DNA from: an uncultured Acidobacteriaceae bacterium
Lineage (GTDB): Bacteria > Acidobacteriota > Terriglobia > Terriglobales > Acidobacteriaceae
Direction: 5' to 3'
Assembly (NCBI GenBank): GCA_963791445.1
Contig: CAWBSN010000026.1
Location: forward strand, 22,635-86,634
Length of the DNA: 64,000 nucleotides
In this document: piece after piece, positions 60,010-64,000 of the stretch
How positions within the stretch are numbered: the first letter of the stretch is position 1
Layout: the number at the start of each line of letters is the position of its first letter
Position numbers and translations under genes: made by a program
Notes under the pieces: model-generated
Seen by the model: only the letters and a program-made list of their open reading frames with translations
The model's database searches: none
Told to the model about the DNA's origin: nothing

Positions 60010-61629
60010 GTGAAAAACCTGTCTCTAGCCATCATCTTCAGCGCCGCCACGCTCGCGTCCGCGCAAACCGCGCAATCTACCCAGGCCGCGCCAGCTCCTG
60101 CGGCCGCCACCGTAACCCGCACCACCAAAGCTGTCCACTATCGCCTGCAAGGTGGCCAGACCAAAGTAGATTTCCACGGCACCGATCTCCTCCAAGGCGC
60201 ATCCGGCGAAGCCCGCGTAGAAGGCAAGAAGACCAACTTGCAGATCGAAGTGAAATTCCAGAATCTCGAAGACGCCACCAAGTTCGGACTCGAATACTTA
60301 ACCTACGTTCTCTGGGCCGTATCTCCGCAAGGCCGCCCCGTGAATCTAGGCGAGGTCACCATCGACCACAACAGCAACACCGCGCACCTGAAAGCCGCAA
60401 CCGACCTCCAGACTTTCGGCATGATCGTAACCGCCGAGCCCTATTTCGCCGTGACCGCTCCCGGCAACATGGTGGTCATGGAAAGCGCTCCGGTCAACGA
60501 CGCCGGAGGCGAAAACATCGAAGCCAAATATGATCTCGTAAGCCGCGGCACGTATTCGTCAACCAACACTCACATTCAAGACGCCATCTTCGGCATCGAC
60601 AGCAAAACTCCGCTCGAACTTTTCGAAGCCCGCAACGCCGTTCGCATCGCCCGCATCGCCGCCGGAGACAAATACGCCGCCTTCATCATTTCCAAAGCCA
60701 GCCAGCAACTCCTGAACGCCGAAAGCATCTACCGCCAGAAGCAAAACAAAGCCGCAGTAGAAGCCGCCGCCAAAGAGGCGACCGAAACCGCCGAAGAAGC
60801 GCGCCTGATGGCAGTAAAACAAAAAGCTGAGGACGAAGCCCAGGCCGCCGCCGCCGCCCGCGAAGCTAAAGCCCGCGCCGATGCCGACGCCGAAGCCAAG
60901 CGTCGCGCCGAAGCGGAGACCGCCCGCGCCGAAGCCGAACAAGCCAAAGCCGAAGCTCTCAAGATGAAGCAGGAAGCCGAAGCCGCCGCGGCAGAAGCCG
61001 CGCGTCAAAAAGCCGAAGCCGAGAAAGCCACTGCCGAAGCCGTAGCCCAGCAGCAAGCCTTAGCCGCCGAAACCGACAAAGCAAAACAAGCCGCCGCCCA
61101 ATCCGACGCACTCCGTCAGCAGGCAGAAAAAGAAAAGCAGCAAGCGGAATATGACAAGCAGGAACTCCGCGCCCGTCTCCTCCAGCAACTCAACAGCATT
61201 CTTGCGACGCGCGACTCCGCCCGCGGCCTGATCGCCAACATGTCTGACGTTTTATTCCGCAGCGGCAGCTTCGAACTCCTGCCCGGAGCCCGCGAGCGCT
61301 TAGCGAAAGTTTCCGGAATCGTTCTCGCGTATCCCAGTCTGCACGTAGCCATCGAAGGCCACACCGACAGCGTAGGCAGCGACGACTACAACCAGCAACT
61401 CTCCGAGCGCCGCGCCCAGGCCGTCCGCGATTATTTCGTCCAGCAGGGAATCAGCTCCACCAACGTGGAAGCTCACGGCTACGGCAAGACCGAGCCCATC
61501 GCCACCAACGACACTCCCGAAGGCCGCCAGCAAAATCGCCGCGTAGAACTAATCCTCTCCGGCGACGCCATCGGCAGCACCGTCGACGAACCCAAGCCCC
61601 AAACCGTCAGCAGCGCGCAACCTCAATAG
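60010..61629 (+). CDS. OmpA-family protein with a long Ala/Glu/Lys coiled-coil segment
   Basis: GTG start and signal peptide. C-terminal OmpA-like domain (…FRSGSFELLPGARERL…IEGHTDSVGSDDYNQQLSERRAQAV…GRQQNRRVELI). Confidence 0.85.
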   Translation: MKNLSLAIIFSAATLASAQTAQSTQAAPAPAAATVTRTTKAVHYRLQGGQTKVDFHGTDLLQGASGEARVEGKKTNLQIEVKFQNLEDATKFGLEYLTYVLWAVSPQGRPVNLGEVTIDHNSNTAHLKAATDLQTFGMIVTAEPYFAVTAPGNMVVMESAPVNDAGGENIEAKYDLVSRGTYSSTNTHIQDAIFGIDSKTPLELFEARNAVRIARIAAGDKYAAFIISKASQQLLNAESIYRQKQNKAAVEAAAKEATETAEEARLMAVKQKAEDEAQAAAAAREAKARADADAEAKRRAEAETARAEAEQAKAEALKMKQEAEAAAAEAARQKAEAEKATAEAVAQQQALAAETDKAKQAAAQSDALRQQAEKEKQQAEYDKQELRARLLQQLNSILATRDSARGLIANMSDVLFRSGSFELLPGARERLAKVSGIVLAYPSLHVAIEGHTDSVGSDDYNQQLSERRAQAVRDYFVQQGISSTNVEAHGYGKTEPIATNDTPEGRQQNRRVELILSGDAIGSTVDEPKPQTVSSAQPQ

Positions 61630-61643
61630 GCCTCCATCGCTTT

Positions 61644-61701
61644 GTCATCCTGAGCGAAGCATGATCGTCCGAAGGACGGTCATGCGCAGTCGAAGGACCC
61701 C
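61644..61701 (+). repeat. GTCATCC-type hairpin repeat
   Basis: GTCATCCTGAGCGAAG-CATGATCGTCC-GAA-GGACGGTCATG-CGCAGTCGAAGGACCCC, 15 nt after the stop at 61629. Confidence 0.8.
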
Positions 61702-61766
61702 TTTCATCTCGCCGTAATCCGCGGCCCACACAGGGAGTTCCCACCACGGCAAATCCGCGCAATAGC

Positions 61767-61806
61767 TTACCCTGTGCTCCCCCGTGCCCTCTGTGTTTCA
61801 AGCTTT
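61767..61806 (+). repeat. TTACCCTGTG-type repeat module
   Basis: TTACCCTGTGCTCCCCCGTGCCCTCTGTGTTTCAAGCTTT. Confidence 0.6.
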
Positions 61807-61917
61807 CCCCCCCCACCCCAAAAGTCCACCTTCCAACGTGCCCCAAAAACCCCACTCCCCCCTTGCCCCGCCCCCCGAAACCCATTACCCTTAGGCAGCA
61901 TCTAGTAGGCATTCCCC

Positions 61918-62301
61918 ATGTTCACCCCGCACCCCAATCTAGCGGACGACGTCAACCACGCCATCATCCAGTCCGAAATCGAAGGCGGAGTTTTTCTCCA
62001 CGACCTCCCACCCTCCACAGTTTTGGAAATCCAAACCATGCACCACTGCTACACCGCCGTTCTGCTCGGAGGCAGCGACGCCCTCATCTCCGGCCATCCC
62101 GAATTCTGTCCCAGCCCGGTTCACGTAGCCATAGCCGGTTCCACCTGGGGAGGCTCCATGCTAAAGCTCCAATACGTAGGCCGCGGCATGCACCTCGAAT
62201 TTCACCACCCCGAATACGACACCCCCATAGTCACCAGTCCCATCCAGGAAATCCGCGACTCCCAACCCATCCTCATGGAAGAATTGTCATCCCGAGCGTA
62301 G
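61918..62301 (+). CDS. Hypothetical protein
   Basis: 127 aa. The last codons and the stop lie inside repeat 62286-62311. No family recognised. Confidence 0.5.
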   Translation: MFTPHPNLADDVNHAIIQSEIEGGVFLHDLPPSTVLEIQTMHHCYTAVLLGGSDALISGHPEFCPSPVHVAIAGSTWGGSMLKLQYVGRGMHLEFHHPEYDTPIVTSPIQEIRDSQPILMEELSSRA

Positions 62302-62311
62302 CGAGGGATCT
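62286..62311 (+). repeat. Short (hairpin-less) GTCATCC-type repeat
   Basis: GTCATCCCGAGCGTAGCGAGGGATCT. Confidence 0.65.
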
Positions 62312-62375
62312 TGGTGTCTGCCCGCGCCATCCTGAACTCGCCAAGCTATTAGTGCCGGCCAAACTCTCCAGCTCT

Positions 62376-62439
62376 GTCATCCTGAGCGGAGCGAATGCTT
62401 GGGCGCTCAGCGCAAGCATTCGTGCAGTCGAAGGACCCC
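62376..62439 (+). repeat. GTCATCC-type hairpin repeat
   Basis: GTCATCCTGAGCGGAG-CGAATGCTTG-GGCGCTCAGCGC-AAGCATTCG-TGCAGTCGAAGGACCCC. Confidence 0.8.
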
Positions 62440-62576
62440 TAGCCCCAGTACGCCCCCAGCCTCCACCAGGCATCTCCACCATCGCACCCATTGACTTACC
62501 AAGCCCGCCACTCTAACATTCCCGCCAAGGCCGAAAGACGCAACACCGAACACTAAGACCCAAGACCAGACTCCAA

Positions 62577-62931
62577 ATGACCATCACCATCCGCGAAGTC
62601 AGCCACGTCACCATCGTCGACATCGTCGGACGCATCACTCTCGGCGACGAGACCGGACTAGCTCCGCGACACCATCCGCCAGCTCCTCGTCGATGGCAAG
62701 AAAAAAATCATCCTCAATCTAGCCCAGGTCGATTACCTCGATTCCTCCGGCGTAGGCGAACTGGTCAGCGGCTACACCGCCGTCCGCAGCGCCGGCGGCG
62801 AACTGAAACTCCTAAGCCTCACCAAAAAAGTCCACGACATCGTCCAGGTCACCAAGCTCTACACCGTCTTCGACATCAAAGACGACGAATTCACCGCCAT
62901 AAAATCCTTCGACTACTTCTTCGCCAAATAG
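62577..62931 (+). CDS. STAS-domain anti-sigma-factor antagonist, frame break near 62656-62663
   Basis: MTITIREVSHVTIVDIVGRITLGDETG, then LRDTIRQLLVDGKKKIILNLAQVDYLDSSGVGELVSGYTAVRSAGGELKLLSLTKKVHDIVQVTKLYTVFDI… in the next frame, ending TAG 62929-62931. Confidence 0.8.
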
Positions 62932-62946
62932 GATCTTCGAAGCATT

Positions 62947-63010
62947 GTCATCCTGAGCGGAACGAGGGCTTGTGCGCTGAGCGCAAGCCCTTGTGCAGTC
63001 GAAGGACCCC
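62947..63010 (+). repeat. GTCATCC-type hairpin repeat
   Basis: GTCATCCTGAGCGGAAC-GAGGGCTTGTGCGC-TGA-GCGCAAGCCCTTG-TGCAGTCGAAGGACCCC, 16 nt after the stop at 62931. Confidence 0.8.
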
Positions 63011-63134
63011 TGCCATCTCATACACGCATCGCTCTCGAGGGCGTTCTCCTCAACTGCCAGCATCGTGCTGAACCCGCGTCCCAGGTGGATGCCGAGATAT
63101 ACTCCCAATAACCAACACAGAAACGAGGCGCTCC

Positions 63135-63470
63135 ATGCACAAACTCACACTAGCCGTTCTCTTGTTCCTCCCAACCTTCGCCCACGCATCCGACCCCAAA
63201 CCTGCCGACTACACCATCACCATCCACGTCAGCGCCACGCGCACCGCCTCTGTCGGCATCGGCGTGCAAGATCTGGACGTCATCATCGACGCCAAGAAAT
63301 ATGAATTGATGTCGGATCGCGTCATAGGCCAACTACTGGCGCTCGGCGACTACAAAGCGAAGCTCGTCGAAGACAGCCACAAAACCACCTACGACTCCTA
63401 CCAGGTCTACGAATTCCTGTTCCCTGACGGCAAAACCAGAAAGTTCCAAGTCGTAGGCCAAATCGAATAA
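63135..63470 (+). CDS. Small secreted hypothetical protein
   Basis: Signal peptide MHKLTLAVLLFLPTFAHA; 111 aa. No family recognised. Confidence 0.5.
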   Translation: MHKLTLAVLLFLPTFAHASDPKPADYTITIHVSATRTASVGIGVQDLDVIIDAKKYELMSDRVIGQLLALGDYKAKLVEDSHKTTYDSYQVYEFLFPDGKTRKFQVVGQIE

Positions 63471-63496
63471 TCAAATTGATCAGAAGGCCAGGTGAC

Positions 63497-63595
63497 GGCA
63501 CGGCGTGAAGCCGTGCCGCAGCAGCGTGAACCCGCTGCACAACCGCGGAAGAGCGGCGCTTTCAGCGCCGCGTAAGGGTCGCTTATCGATGCGAC
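63497..63595 (+). repeat. Block of four consecutive short GC hairpins between convergent genes
   Basis: GGCACGGC-GTGAA-GCCGTGCC, GCAGCG-TGAACC-CGCTGC, GCGGCGC-TTTCA-GCGCCGC and GTCGC-TTATCGAT-GCGAC. Confidence 0.65.
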
Positions 63596-63622
63596 AAGCA
63601 AATCTACTCCGGCTTGCGTCAA

Positions 63623-63883
63623 CTAGGCACTGACACTCCCATACTTCCGCACTTCCCCATCCACGGACACCGCCACATACTTATGCATCTCCACATCCCG
63701 AAACTGCACCACCTGATGTTTCTCCCGCGCCAGCTTCCCCCAATTGCTAGGCTTCTCAGGATTCTGCTCAATCGCCTCCAACACCCGCCCATTCAGCCGA
63801 AACTGAACCATCCGCAACCGCCCACGCCCCACACGCTCAACCGGAATCTTCTGTCCCTCCAGCAAAACAAAGTCGCCATTCAT
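63623..63883 (-). CDS. Hypothetical small protein
   Basis: The ATG at 63883 (MNGDFVLLEGQKIPVERV…) is preferred over TTG 63907. No family recognised. Confidence 0.5.
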   Translation of the reverse strand: MNGDFVLLEGQKIPVERVGRGRLRMVQFRLNGRVLEAIEQNPEKPSNWGKLAREKHQVVQFRDVEMHKYVAVSVDGEVRKYGSVSA

Positions 63884-63972
63884 CAACTGCGCCGCCACCG
63901 ACCCCAAGTTTTCTCAACCTCAGTCAACGTCATAAGCCAATCTCTCCAAGAATTCGCAAGCTCTCCAACCTT

Positions 63973-64000
63973 GTCATCCTGAGCGGAGCATGACGTCCGC
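63973..64000 (+). repeat. GTCATCC-type hairpin repeat, truncated by the window edge
   Basis: GTCATCCTGAGCGGAGCATGACGTCCGC…. Confidence 0.6.

Overview
About 64 kb of a GC-rich bacterial chromosome around the replication origin. gyrB, dnaN and dnaA lie on the minus strand and diverge from rpmH-rnpA-yidD-yidC-jag on the plus strand. The rest is mostly housekeeping or envelope genes: serA plus a class V aminotransferase, rsmD, rsmI, an RlmI-like methyltransferase, hsp20-clpB, dusB, rpmE, ruvB, an EF-G paralogue, hpnH and mscL. There are two S9 peptidases, two secreted amidohydrolases, two MBL-fold hydrolases, an OmpA protein and a TonB-dependent receptor. The gene content and repeat families look Acidobacteriota-like, but that is inference only. 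I saw no rRNA, tRNA, CRISPR array, transposase or integrase. Two things stand out beyond the genes. (1) At least 25 single-base frame disruptions sit in otherwise well-conserved genes, including gyrB and clpB; these are most likely assembly indels, so such genes are reported as one span with the break position. (2) A dense, modular set of intergenic hairpin repeats has conserved end modules and co-varying stems. These include nested insertions, a 150-bp direct repeat flanking one gene, and a three-hairpin element on both sides of yidD. Other candidates for follow-up are a putative copper-handling cluster (Cys/His-rich secreted protein, TonB receptor, CusF-like/SCO fusion, VKOR, Cys-rich lipoprotein), a small nuclease plus DUF433/PIN-like toxin-antitoxin islet next to gyrB, and candidate operators in front of hsp20 and clpB. 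All family assignments come from reading the translations by eye; no database search was run.
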